Positions 22,171-31,544 of a DNA stretch of 64,000 bases are shown here, in pieces. Source of the stretch: Alphaproteobacteria bacterium. GTDB taxonomy: Bacteria > Pseudomonadota > Alphaproteobacteria > GCA-2731375. Position numbers and translations under genes: made by a program. Under the pieces are notes generated by a model. It searched no databases. It saw only the letters and a program-made list of their open reading frames with translations, and was not told the DNA's origin. Position 1 is the stretch's first letter. Each line of letters starts with the position of its first letter. The stretch spans positions 5,696,001 to 5,760,000 of the forward strand of contig CBDDPY010000002.1 in the NCBI GenBank assembly GCA_965232515.1. The letters run 5' to 3'.

Positions 22171-22994
22171 CGCGTTCGCGGGTTCAGAACGTCGCGCAAG
22201 CCGTCGCCCAGCAGGTTGAAGGCGATGGCGACGGTCGCGATGGCGAGACCCGGCCAGAGGATGGTCCAGGCGCTGCGGAACATGAAGCCGCGCGCCTCGG
22301 CGATCATCAGGCCCCATTCCGGCGCCGGCGGCTGCGCCCCGAGGCCGAGGAAGCTCAGGGTCGCCAGCAGCATGATGGCGAAGGCGACGCGGATAGTGCC
22401 TTCGACGATCACCGGCGCCACCATGTTCGGCAAAATCTCCCGTCCCATGATGTAGGCGGCGCTCTCGCCGCGCGCAACGGCGGCCGCGACATAATCGTGG
22501 TTGCGGGCGGCGAGCGTGACGCTGCGGGCGATGCGGGCCATGCCCGGCGCGAAGGCGATACCGATGGCGATCACGGCGTTGACGCCGCTCGGCCCCAGCA
22601 CGGTGACGATCAGCAACGCGAACAGCAGGTTGGGGATTGCCATGGTCGCATCGACCACGCGCATGATGGCCTCGTCCGTGCGGCCGCCGATGAAGCCCGA
22701 GAAAATGCCGATGGCGGCGCCCAGACCTGTGCCGATCAGCGTCGCGGTCAGGCCTAGCAGGACGGTCGAGCGCGCGCCCCAGAGCAGGCGGCTCAGGATA
22801 TCGCGGCCGAACTGATCCGTCCCCAGCCAGAAGTCGGCCGACGGCGGTGCCAGCCGGGCCAGGAAGTGGAACTCCTCCGGATCGTAGGGCGCGATCCAGG
22901 GACCGAGCACGATCGCGAGCAGGAGGATCGTCGCCAGGCCGAGGCCGATGGCGCCCTGCGGATGACGAACCAGGCGCTTCAGCAGCTCAGTCAT
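22167..22994 (-). CDS. Peptide-type ABC permease (DppC-like)
   Basis: LGTDQFGRDILSR, LSFLGLG, FNLLGDGLRD motifs. Confidence 0.95.
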   Translation of the reverse strand: MTELLKRLVRHPQGAIGLGLATILLLAIVLGPWIAPYDPEEFHFLARLAPPSADFWLGTDQFGRDILSRLLWGARSTVLLGLTATLIGTGLGAAIGIFSGFIGGRTDEAIMRVVDATMAIPNLLFALLIVTVLGPSGVNAVIAIGIAFAPGMARIARSVTLAARNHDYVAAAVARGESAAYIMGREILPNMVAPVIVEGTIRVAFAIMLLATLSFLGLGAQPPAPEWGLMIAEARGFMFRSAWTILWPGLAIATVAIAFNLLGDGLRDVLNPRTR

Positions 22995-23937
22995 ACTGGA
23001 TCCGCCGGTCCAGATAGGCATAGGCCATGTCGGCCAGCAGGTTCGCCACCGCGTAGGTCATGGCCATGATCAGCGCGCCGGCCTGGATCATCGGCAGGTC
23101 GCGCTGCTGAATGGCGACGATCAGCATGCGGCCGACGCCGGGGAAGGCGAAGATCTCCTCGACGACGATGATGCCGCCGATCAGATAGCCGACGTCGAGT
23201 GCCAGCACGGTGATCGTCGGCAGCAGCGAGTTCCGCAGGGCATGCTGGAACAGCACGACGCCGCGCGAGAGGCCGCGCAGGGTCGCGGCGCGCACGTAAT
23301 CGCTGTGCAACACATCGACCATCTCCGAGCGCACCATGCGCATGACATGCGCCGTCAGGATCACGGTCAGCGTCAACACCGGCAGCGCCAGATGCCAGAG
23401 CGCCCGCAGCGGGTCGTCGCCGAACGGCACATAGCCGCTGGCCGGGAACAGCCCGACATCGGGATGGGTCAGCGCCACCAGCAGCATGGTCGCCAGCACG
23501 AATTCCGGCAGCGAGACGCCGATATAGGAAACGAAGCTGACGCCGACATCGACCGGCCGGCCGCGATAGACCGCCGCGACGACGCCCAACGGAATGGCGA
23601 CGATGGTCACCATCAACAGAGCGAGGCCGGCCAACCCCAACGAGCGGCCAAGAGCGTCCAGCACCGTCGGGCCGACCGGCAGCCCGGTGCGCAACGAGGT
23701 GCCGAAGTCGCCGCTCAGCACGCCGCCGATCCAGCTCAGGTACTGCGCATAAGCCGGCCGGTCGAGCCCGAGCTGGGCCTCGATCGCGGCCAGCGCTTCC
23801 GGCGTCGCGTATTCGCCCAGCAGCATCTGCGCCGCGTTCGCCGGCAGGATCTGGGTGATGCCGAACACCAGCAGCGACACCACCAGCGTCGTCACCAGCA
23901 GATAGAACAGCCGCTTTACCAGATAGGCCAGGGACAT
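22987..23937 (-). CDS. Peptide-type ABC permease (DppB-like)
   Basis: LGLDRP, GDFGTS, HALRN, DLPMIQ motifs. Confidence 0.95.
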   Translation of the reverse strand: MSLAYLVKRLFYLLVTTLVVSLLVFGITQILPANAAQMLLGEYATPEALAAIEAQLGLDRPAYAQYLSWIGGVLSGDFGTSLRTGLPVGPTVLDALGRSLGLAGLALLMVTIVAIPLGVVAAVYRGRPVDVGVSFVSYIGVSLPEFVLATMLLVALTHPDVGLFPASGYVPFGDDPLRALWHLALPVLTLTVILTAHVMRMVRSEMVDVLHSDYVRAATLRGLSRGVVLFQHALRNSLLPTITVLALDVGYLIGGIIVVEEIFAFPGVGRMLIVAIQQRDLPMIQAGALIMAMTYAVANLLADMAYAYLDRRIQYD

Positions 23938-24012
23938 GGCCGCCTTCCGCCGCCCGTGTCAGCAAGAGAAGCAGGCAGGCCGGCGATGCCGCCGGCCCAC
24001 CCGGTCGTGTCG

Positions 24013-25575
24013 TCAGCCGCGCTTCGGCGCGCCGGCGCCCAGCGAGACCTTCTCCAGGCTGAAGGTAGCGCCGCGCGGATGCAGCTGATAGCCCTCGACA
24101 TAGTCGCGGTGCGCCGCCAACAGGTCGAAGAACACCGGCACCAGCGCCGGCACCTCGGCTCGCATCAGCGCCTGCGCCTCGCTATAAAGCTCGGCCCGCG
24201 CCTTGGTGTCGACCGTGGTCCGCGCCCGTTGCACGAGGTCGTCGAAGCCCTTGTTGTTCCAGCGCGTCTCGTTCCAGGCCGCATCCGAGGTGAACAGCAG
24301 CTTGAAGATCGCGTCTTCGGTCGGCTGCATGTTGTAGAAGCCGACATAGAAGTCGCCCTTCTTCCAGACCTGGTCCAGATAGGTGCTGTGCGCCATGGTT
24401 TGGACCTCGATGTTGAAGCCCGCGGCCTTGGCCATCTCGCGCACCACCACGGCCAGCGTCTGCCGGTAGCCGGGCTTGACCGAGGCGACCAGTGTCACGT
24501 CCAGGCCGTTCGGATGCCCGGCGTCGGCCAGCAACTGCTTCGCCCTGGCGATGTCCGGCCGCTTCAGCGGCGCGTCGGCGTAATAGCGGTACGCCACATT
24601 GATCGGTGAATCGTTGCCGGGCGTGCCGTAGCCCTCGGCCACCAGTTCGATCATCGCCTCGCGGTCGATGCTCAAGGAAAGCGCCTCGCGCACGCGCGCG
24701 TCGTTGAACGGCGGCCGGTCGTTCGCCATGACGATATCGATGAACCGGCCCGACGCCGTGCGCAGGCCGGTGACGCCCGTGGCCCCGCTGACCCGCTTGA
24801 AATCGGCCGGCGGCACCTCCAGCGCCAGGTCGACCTCGCCGGCGATCAGCGCCGCCATCTCGGCCGTGGCGTCGGGAAAGACCATCAGGTTCAGCTTGTC
24901 GAGATAGGGCAGGCCGTCGAGGAAATAGTCCGGGTTGCGCTCGACCACGGTCAGCCGGTCGGGCTCGTAGCTCACCAGCTTGAACGGCCCGGTGCCGATC
25001 GCCTGTCGATCGAGCGGCGCCAGGTCGCCCGACGCAATGTTGGCCGGCACCACCTTGGCGGTCGAATAAGCCAGCGCCACCGGCAGGTCGCCATAGGGCA
25101 GGCTGGTCTTGATCATCACCTTGTCGGCCGACGGCGCGGTGACGGACTCGATGGGGCCGAGGTTGCGCCGGCCGGGCGAGCCGGTCTTCTTGTCCAGCAC
25201 GCGGGTCAACGAGGCCGCCACGTCGTTCGCCGTCACCGCCTGGCCGTTATGGAACGTGACGCCAGCGCGCAACGTGAACGTCCAGACCGTCAGATCGTCG
25301 TTCGGCGCCCACGACTGCGCCAGATCGGGCACGGGCGACATGTCCTGGCCGAGGCGCGTGAGGCCGCTGTAGAGCAGCTCGCCCAGCAGGTATTCCGAGT
25401 TCAGCCGGTGCAGGAACGGGTTCAGCTTACCGGGCGCGCGGCCGATGCTGACGTTCATCGTGCCGCCCTTGTTGGCGGCGAAAGCCGGCCAGCCGGCGGT
25501 GGCGCCCAGCACCGGCAGCGCGGCGGACGCCTTCAGGAACAGACGGCGGTCGAACTGGTTCTTGTCGGTCTTCAT
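24013..25575 (-). CDS. Peptide-type ABC substrate-binding protein (Tat-exported)
   Basis: DRRLFLK twin-arginine signal; PDLAQSW, FTLRAGVTFHNG, IGTGPF motifs. Confidence 0.93.
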   Translation of the reverse strand: MKTDKNQFDRRLFLKASAALPVLGATAGWPAFAANKGGTMNVSIGRAPGKLNPFLHRLNSEYLLGELLYSGLTRLGQDMSPVPDLAQSWAPNDDLTVWTFTLRAGVTFHNGQAVTANDVAASLTRVLDKKTGSPGRRNLGPIESVTAPSADKVMIKTSLPYGDLPVALAYSTAKVVPANIASGDLAPLDRQAIGTGPFKLVSYEPDRLTVVERNPDYFLDGLPYLDKLNLMVFPDATAEMAALIAGEVDLALEVPPADFKRVSGATGVTGLRTASGRFIDIVMANDRPPFNDARVREALSLSIDREAMIELVAEGYGTPGNDSPINVAYRYYADAPLKRPDIARAKQLLADAGHPNGLDVTLVASVKPGYRQTLAVVVREMAKAAGFNIEVQTMAHSTYLDQVWKKGDFYVGFYNMQPTEDAIFKLLFTSDAAWNETRWNNKGFDDLVQRARTTVDTKARAELYSEAQALMRAEVPALVPVFFDLLAAHRDYVEGYQLHPRGATFSLEKVSLGAGAPKRG

Positions 25576-25603
25576 TACGGCCTCCTTGGTTTCTTATCGG
25601 TCG

Positions 25604-26869
25604 TCAGGTCTCGGGTTCGAAGTCGCGGGCGAGGTAGAGCAGCATCGATCGCGCCAGGCCCATCAGATCGGTCATGGTCGTGTGCTCGTCGGCGGCATGC
25701 ACGTTGCGGTCGGGCCGCGCCAGACCGCCCAGCAGGATCTCGCGCACGCCGCCCTGCTGCTGCACCCAGCCCAGGTCCGAGCTGGTCGACGAGCCGTAGG
25801 CCCGGAATGCTTCAGGGTCCCAGCCGAAGCCCTCGGCCAGCGCCCGCTGCCAGCGCGGCCAATGCGGCCCGCCGGGATCGGCGACCGGCGCCAGATGGCC
25901 GACCAGCGTGATCTCGTGACCCAGCAGACCGGTGCCGGCCACGGCGTCGTCGACCGCGCGCCGGATCTCGACCTCGACGTCGGCGGCCGTTTCATCCGGC
26001 GCGTAGCGGCGGTTGACGACGACGTCGAACTGTCCCGGCAGGGCCGAGCCCTTGGCCCCGGCGTGGGCGGCCGTGATGGTCAGACGCGAGCGCAGGGGTG
26101 CGCCGTCATAGTGCGGCGGCGCCGGCATCGGCCAGGCCCGCGTTTCGACCTCGGCCTTGAGGTCGGCGAGCGCGTTCAGTACCGGCAGCGCTTCCTCCAA
26201 CGCGTTGACGCCGCCGACGGGATCGCCGGAATGCGCCGTGCGGCCGTGGAACCGCAGCCGAAAGTCCATGCTGCCGAAGCTGCCGGCATAGATCCGCGGC
26301 ACCGCGCCGCCGTTCAGACAAATCAGGTGGCCCGACAAGTGACCCTCTTCGGCGAGATAGCGGATGCCCGGATAAAGCCCGCCTTCCTCGTCGGTGCAGA
26401 ACAGCAGGCAGGGGTCGTAAGCGAGCGGCAGGTCGACGGCCGCCGCCGCGCGCATGGCCGCCAGCACGGCCGCGATCGTGCCTTTCATGTCCGCCGTGCC
26501 GCGCCCGTAGAGCTTGTCGCCGTCGCGCGTCAGTTCCAGCGGCGGCCGTGTCCAGCCGTCGCCGGGCGGCACCGTGTCGACGTGAAAATAGATATCCAGA
26601 GCCGGCTGACCGGTCGGCCGCCGCGCGATCAGGTTGATTCGCGCGCCGTCTGCGCCCGGCGCCTGCCACAGCGCCTCCGGCACGGTCACGCGTTCGCAGC
26701 CGAAGCCCAGCGGCGTCACGAGCTCTTCCGCCAGATCGGCGAAGGCGCCATAGCCGCGGCCCGGGGGAAAGCTGGTATTGCTCGCGATCATGCGCGCGAG
26801 ATCGGCCGCGATGGTCGTTTCCATCTGCGCCAGGGATTCGAGCGCGGCTGCGATCGCCGTGTCGGTCAT
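25604..26869 (-). CDS. M20/DapE-like amidohydrolase
   Basis: HVDTVP, GRGTADMKG, DEE, VHAADE motifs. Confidence 0.88.
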   Translation of the reverse strand: MTDTAIAAALESLAQMETTIAADLARMIASNTSFPPGRGYGAFADLAEELVTPLGFGCERVTVPEALWQAPGADGARINLIARRPTGQPALDIYFHVDTVPPGDGWTRPPLELTRDGDKLYGRGTADMKGTIAAVLAAMRAAAAVDLPLAYDPCLLFCTDEEGGLYPGIRYLAEEGHLSGHLICLNGGAVPRIYAGSFGSMDFRLRFHGRTAHSGDPVGGVNALEEALPVLNALADLKAEVETRAWPMPAPPHYDGAPLRSRLTITAAHAGAKGSALPGQFDVVVNRRYAPDETAADVEVEIRRAVDDAVAGTGLLGHEITLVGHLAPVADPGGPHWPRWQRALAEGFGWDPEAFRAYGSSTSSDLGWVQQQGGVREILLGGLARPDRNVHAADEHTTMTDLMGLARSMLLYLARDFEPET

Positions 26870-26917
26870 GCCGACCACCCCCTCTCGGACCTGAGGTCCC
26901 AACCGATAAGCTTGATC

Positions 26918-26932
26918 CTATAAACTTTATAG
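26918..26932. promoter_or_regulatory. Probable GntR operator
   Basis: Perfect palindrome CTATAAA-C-TTTATAG in the divergent spacer. Confidence 0.6.
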
Positions 26933-26964
26933 AAATATGTCGAATCGCCGCGTAGAGTGACGAC

Positions 26965-27738
26965 ATGGGGACCGGATCGAAAAACCCTTCCGTGGGCGCG
27001 AGAGCCGACGCCACATTGCCCGAGCTCAAGGCCGTGCCGCTCTACGAGCAGGTCAAACGGCACATCTCCGAGCTGATCCTGCTCGGCGACTGGCCGCCCG
27101 GTACGGTGCTGCCCAGCGAGACCGAGCTTGCCCGCCGGTTCGGCGTCGCCGTCGGCACGGCCCGGCGCGCGCTGTCGGACCTGGCGGCCGAAGGCCTGCT
27201 GACCCGTCGGCGCAAGACCGGCACCGTCGTCACCGGCCGCTCCCCGCACCACTCGCTGCGGTTCTTCTTCCAGTATTTCCGCCTGCACGGCCTCGACGGC
27301 AGCCTGCTGAACTCGACCGTCACGACGCACGCCGCCGAGCGCGGCCCGGCCGACGACGAGGCGGCGCGGCGGCTTGAGCTCGAGCCCAACGCGCCCGTAG
27401 TCCGCATCGGCCGTGTGCGCAAGGTCGCGGGCAGGACGGTCATGCACGACGCCATCGTCATCCCATCGGCGCGCGTCCCGGACCTGCCGCTCAATGCGGT
27501 GCCGGACCGCCTCTACATCTATCTGCTCGAGGAATACGGCATCCGGGTCTCGGCCGCGCGCGAGGTGCTGTCGGCCGAGCTGGCGACCGAGACCGACCGG
27601 CGGCTGATCGACGTGCCGACGCCCGGCGCCGTGCTGGTCATCGACGAGATCGCCTTCGATCAGAACGGCGCGCCGCTGATCTGGGTCGTTCACCGCGCCA
27701 TCACCGACCGCTACCGCTACGTCAACGAGGTGAGCTGA
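26965..27738 (+). CDS. GntR regulator, HutC/UTRA subfamily
   Basis: PLYEQVK, LPSETELA, GTARRAL HTH with a UTRA-like C-terminus. Confidence 0.93.
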   Translation: MGTGSKNPSVGARADATLPELKAVPLYEQVKRHISELILLGDWPPGTVLPSETELARRFGVAVGTARRALSDLAAEGLLTRRRKTGTVVTGRSPHHSLRFFFQYFRLHGLDGSLLNSTVTTHAAERGPADDEAARRLELEPNAPVVRIGRVRKVAGRTVMHDAIVIPSARVPDLPLNAVPDRLYIYLLEEYGIRVSAAREVLSAELATETDRRLIDVPTPGAVLVIDEIAFDQNGAPLIWVVHRAITDRYRYVNEVS

Positions 27739-27783
27739 CCGGCGCACGGACAGGGCGACGTTCAATTTTCTGCATTGAATTAC

Positions 27784-27806
27784 ATAGGACTCCTATTTAT
27801 ATAAAT
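27784..27806. promoter_or_regulatory. Probable MarR operator overlapping promoter
   Basis: ATAGGA-C-TCCTAT and ATTTATATAAAT palindromes between a TTGAAT -35 (27775) and the ATG. Confidence 0.5.
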
Positions 27807-27809
27807 CGC

Positions 27810-28451
27810 ATGACCAATTCGAACGATCATCCCGGCGAACAGATCGCCACCGGCATCGCCAGGCTCGGACAGTACATCCGCACCGAAAGCTGGCGCAGCG
27901 GCCAGGATCTCGGGCTCACGCCGACCCAGATGCGCATTTTGCGCGAGCTGGCCGCGCACGGGCCCATGCGGGTCGGCGCACTGGCCAAGGCCGTCGGCGT
28001 CTCGCAACCCACCGCCACGGACGCCTTCGAGGCGCTGCGCCGCAAGGGCCTGGCCGAGAAGCGGCCCGATCCCAACGACGGCCGCGCCGTCGCGGCCACC
28101 ATCACGGCGGCCGGTCGGCGCCGGCTTTCGCGTGCGGGCGACCTGCCCGACGCCCTGCTGGACGCCATTGCCGAGGTCGACGACGCCGACCGTGGCGCAT
28201 TCGCGCGCGGCCTGACAACGATCGTTCGCGCGCTGCAACGCCGTGAGGCGATCCCGGTTCAGCGCATGTGCGTCACCTGCCGCTACTTCCGACCACACGC
28301 GCATGACGATCCCGCCGCACCGCATCACTGCGCCTTCGTGGACGCCGCCTTTGGCGATGCCCAGTTGCGGCTCGATTGCGGCGAGCACGTTGAGGCCGAT
28401 ACCGCCGACAGGGAACGGAACTGGAGGCGGTTTTCCGAACCGGCCGAATAG
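27810..28451 (+). CDS. MarR regulator with C-terminal Cys/His cluster domain
   Basis: GLTPTQMRIL, VSQPTAT, DGR wing; C-terminal MCVTCRYF, HHCAF, LDCGEH. Confidence 0.88.
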   Translation: MTNSNDHPGEQIATGIARLGQYIRTESWRSGQDLGLTPTQMRILRELAAHGPMRVGALAKAVGVSQPTATDAFEALRRKGLAEKRPDPNDGRAVAATITAAGRRRLSRAGDLPDALLDAIAEVDDADRGAFARGLTTIVRALQRREAIPVQRMCVTCRYFRPHAHDDPAAPHHCAFVDAAFGDAQLRLDCGEHVEADTADRERNWRRFSEPAE

Positions 28452-28529
28452 GCGAGCGCCTCGCTCGCGGCCACGAACGAGGCGCTCTTGTTGTCACTCT
28501 CTCTTCGCAAAGAAAGGACGAAACGCATC

Positions 28530-29318
28530 ATGTCACAGAGAAACAATTTCGACCAAGTTGGCAACCGTCCATTGCGGCGGCTGTCGATCGTCGCGGCGCT
28601 CGCAGCCGGTCTCGTATTGCCGGCGGTCGCGCATGACGGCAAGACGCATACCGGCGGCATCCAGGCCGAAAGCGGTAACGCGGCGCTGGCGCCGTTCGAC
28701 GTGATCCACGCCAAGATCTCGACCGAGGGCAATGCCGCCATCTTCCATATGGCCGTCAGCGGGCAGGCCGGCGAGACCAAGCCGACGCCGGTCGGCAAGG
28801 TCGCCAATTCCGACGTCTTCGCCTATGTCTGGCCCACCAGCATTGACCCTTCCGAAGTCGGATTCGAGCCCAAGGCCGGCATCCTGGCGCTCGCCGTCAC
28901 GTCGCATCCCGATTTCGACGACACGCCGCTCTTCGACGAGAACGGCGACGGCGATCTTGGGAACGACGGCGACCTCTGGCACAGCCACTGGGTTGTGTTA
29001 GGACCGGACGCCGCCTGCGGCCCGGGCGCGCTCAAGGTCATCGACATTCCGGAAGGCGCGACGCCCCGCCTGCCGAAGACCTGGCCCGGCTTGCCGCTGC
29101 TGATCGACAGCCCCGGCTGGAGCCCCGTGTTCGACGGCGACACGGTCGAGGTCCGGGTGCCCTTCGACAACATCGCCGTCGTCACCGACGCCTCTTTCGA
29201 CGGCGTCACCTCGGGCCTGCGCGTCAACGCCAACATCCACGCGCCGCTGTTGTGCGTGGTCGATGTGTTCGACGTCGCCTCGGGCGATCTCAGCCTGCCC
29301 GGGAAGGTCAATCACTAA
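28530..29318 (+). CDS. Secreted protein of unknown function
   Basis: AAGGA RBS; signal peptide (AVA-H); HPDFDDTPLFDENGDGD and WHSHWVVL motifs. Confidence 0.8.
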   Translation: MSQRNNFDQVGNRPLRRLSIVAALAAGLVLPAVAHDGKTHTGGIQAESGNAALAPFDVIHAKISTEGNAAIFHMAVSGQAGETKPTPVGKVANSDVFAYVWPTSIDPSEVGFEPKAGILALAVTSHPDFDDTPLFDENGDGDLGNDGDLWHSHWVVLGPDAACGPGALKVIDIPEGATPRLPKTWPGLPLLIDSPGWSPVFDGDTVEVRVPFDNIAVVTDASFDGVTSGLRVNANIHAPLLCVVDVFDVASGDLSLPGKVNH

Positions 29319-29374
29319 CGAATGGACAAGGCCGGCGGCGCGCCAAAGCCGCCGGCCGGCAATGGAGAGAAACG

Positions 29375-29602
29375 ATGCAAACCTGGCTGCCGAGCCTGCG
29401 GACAGAAAACCCCGAACAGGGCTACGAACTCGCCATCAAGCTCGCCCGCGTGGCCGTTAAGAAGATGCAACCCGACGACGACGTCAGGGCCGCGCTGCGG
29501 CAAGATTATGCCAACAACGCCGACAGCCTGACCGCCGCCAGTCACGTCGTCGCGACTCACTTCCAGACGGTCGCGGCCGCGAACGACTATTGGCGGGAGT
29601 AG
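29375..29602 (+). CDS. Hexameric tyrosine-coordinated heme protein (HTHP)
   Basis: 75 aa after a GGAGA RBS; WLPSL.T..P..GYELAIKLAR, QPD, conserved Tyr, VVATHFQT.AAANDYW match the Ruegeria pomeroyi HTHP as I recall it. Confidence 0.88.
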   Translation: MQTWLPSLRTENPEQGYELAIKLARVAVKKMQPDDDVRAALRQDYANNADSLTAASHVVATHFQTVAAANDYWRE

Positions 29603-29617
29603 CAACAGGGCAGGGAC

Positions 29618-30343
29618 ATGAAAACCGCTGTAGCCATCCGCCATGTCGGCTTCGAGGACCTCGGCGGCTTTGCGGGGCCGCTGGCGTCAGGCGGTTTCGA
29701 CGTCAGGTACATCGACGCCGGCGAGTACGATCTGACGGCATTGGCGCCGGCCGAGGACGACCTGGTTGTCGTCCTCGGCGGCCCGATCGGCGCCTACGAA
29801 GAGGCGGCGTATCCGTTCCTTAAGCACGAGCTCGGCTTCGTCGATCGGCGCCTGGCGATCGGCCGGCCGATCATGGGCATTTGCCTCGGCGCCCAGCTCA
29901 TCGCCCGCGCCGCCGGCGCCCGTGTCTATCCGAGCGGCGGCAAGGAGATCGGCTTCGGTCCCATCGACCTGACCGAGGCCGGTCATCAGAGCTGCCTCGC
30001 GCCGTTTGCCGCGGCGCCGACCACACTGCATTGGCACGGCGATACCTTCGATCTACCGTCGGGCGCGGTGCGCCTCGCCTCGACCGATCTCTGCGAAAAC
30101 CAGGCCTTCGCCATCGGCGCCAACGTCATCGGCTTTCAGTTCCATCCCGAGGCAACGGGCCGGGACATCGAACGCTGGCTGATCGGCCACGCTGTCGAGC
30201 TCGCTACCGCCGGCATCGACGTCCCGCAAGTGCGGCGCGACGCGACGACGTATGGCGATGAGCTGACGCGAAAGGCCTCCGACGTCGTCTCGGGCTGGCT
30301 CGCTCAGCTCGAGGACGTCAGGTCAGCGTCCGCAGGCGGATGA
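29618..30343 (+). CDS. Class I glutamine amidotransferase-like protein
   Basis: VLGGP, GICLGAQ, HWHGD, QFHPE (Cys-His-Glu triad). Confidence 0.9.
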   Translation: MKTAVAIRHVGFEDLGGFAGPLASGGFDVRYIDAGEYDLTALAPAEDDLVVVLGGPIGAYEEAAYPFLKHELGFVDRRLAIGRPIMGICLGAQLIARAAGARVYPSGGKEIGFGPIDLTEAGHQSCLAPFAAAPTTLHWHGDTFDLPSGAVRLASTDLCENQAFAIGANVIGFQFHPEATGRDIERWLIGHAVELATAGIDVPQVRRDATTYGDELTRKASDVVSGWLAQLEDVRSASAGG

Positions 30344-30800
30344 GCGCGATGCGGTGAACTTGGTCGAGGGCCGCGCGGAACTCGGCCGCGGTGTCGTTGG
30401 CGACCCGTGCTTCCAGGGCCGCGAGGATCTGTTGGCGGTCGAGCCCGGCGACGGCGATGATGAACGGAAACCCGTGACGTTCGCGGTAGGCGCGGTTCAG
30501 GCGCTGGAAGGCCGCGAACTCTTCTTCCGTGCACTGGTCGAGCCCGGCGCCGCGCTGCTCGGCCTTGGACGCGTCGGCCATGTCGCCGGCCAGCCGCACC
30601 CGGTCGGCCAGCTCCGGATGCGCCCGCAACAGGGCAAGCTGTTTTTCCTCGCCGGCCGCTTCGACGATCCCTCGCATCAACCCGGCCAGCCCATCGACAT
30701 CGTCATGGGCCGCGCCGAGTGACTCGTAAGCGGCTTCGGCGATCCAAGGCGAATCTTCGTAGATGGCGCTGTACGTCGCGACGAAGGCGGCGCGGTCCAT
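30318..30800 (-). CDS. uraD: OHCU decarboxylase
   Basis: IYEDSPWIAE, LRAHPEL, EQRGAGL, GFPFIIAV, IALIRL motifs; start could be slightly upstream. Confidence 0.92.
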   Translation of the reverse strand: MDRAAFVATYSAIYEDSPWIAEAAYESLGAAHDDVDGLAGLMRGIVEAAGEEKQLALLRAHPELADRVRLAGDMADASKAEQRGAGLDQCTEEEFAAFQRLNRAYRERHGFPFIIAVAGLDRQQILAALEARVANDTAAEFRAALDQVHRIALIRLRTLT

Positions 30801-30888
30801 ACTCGACGGTGAATTGCTTACGGTCACGATGGCGCCAGCATACGCCGTCGCCATGGCCGGCGCCACGATCCGGCGTTACGATGGCCGC

Positions 30889-31371
30889 ATGAGCGGAGAC
30901 GACGACCACCAGGCCTATCTGCAACGGGCCATCGACCTGGCGCGGCGGCATATGGACGCCGGCGCGGGCGGTCCGTTCGGCGCCGTCATCGTGCGCGACG
31001 GCCAGGTGCTGGGCGAGGGCTGGAACGTCGTCACCTCGGCGAACGATCCAACCGGCCATGCCGAGGTGCAGGCGATTCGCGCCGCCTGCCGCGCGGTGGA
31101 CGACTTCCAGCTCAAGGGCGCGGTGCTCTACACCAGTTGCGAGCCGTGCCCGATGTGCCTCGCCGCCGCGTACTGGGCCCGCATCGACCGTATCTACTAC
31201 GCCAACACGCGGGCGGAGGCGGCGGCAATCGGCTTCGACGACGCCTTCATCTACGACGAGGTGCCGCTGGCGCCTGATGCCCGCAGCCTGCCCGCCATCG
31301 CGCTGCCCAGCGTCGCCGGCCGCGACCTGTTCGCCGCCTGGGACGCCAAGGAAGACAAGATCCCCTATTAG
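30889..31371 (+). CDS. guaD: CDA-fold nucleobase deaminase, probable guanine deaminase
   Basis: GGPFGAV, HAE, EPCPMC, IGFDD motifs and C-terminal Tyr as in B. subtilis GuaD; purine-catabolic context. Confidence 0.8.
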   Translation: MSGDDDHQAYLQRAIDLARRHMDAGAGGPFGAVIVRDGQVLGEGWNVVTSANDPTGHAEVQAIRAACRAVDDFQLKGAVLYTSCEPCPMCLAAAYWARIDRIYYANTRAEAAAIGFDDAFIYDEVPLAPDARSLPAIALPSVAGRDLFAAWDAKEDKIPY

Positions 31372-31397
31372 CCGATGCCGTCCAGCCCTTCCCAGCT

Positions 31398-31482
31398 GTC
31401 ATGCTGGCGCAGGCCAGCATCCAGCGGCCGCGCAACCTGTTAAGGCGAAACAAACCTGAATCCTGGCCTGCGCCAGGATGAC
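31398..31482. repeat. Inverted pair of REP-like palindromes (GTCAT...ATCCA class)
   Basis: GTCATGCTGGCGCAGGCCAGCATCCA (31398-31423) and an inverted near-copy (31457-31482); the same unit recurs at 36966. Confidence 0.8.
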
Positions 31483-31544
31483 GGGGGTGGCTGCAGGCGC
31501 GCATCCGTATTGCGTCAGCCCGGCCGCTGCGCTTTGTTAGCGGC

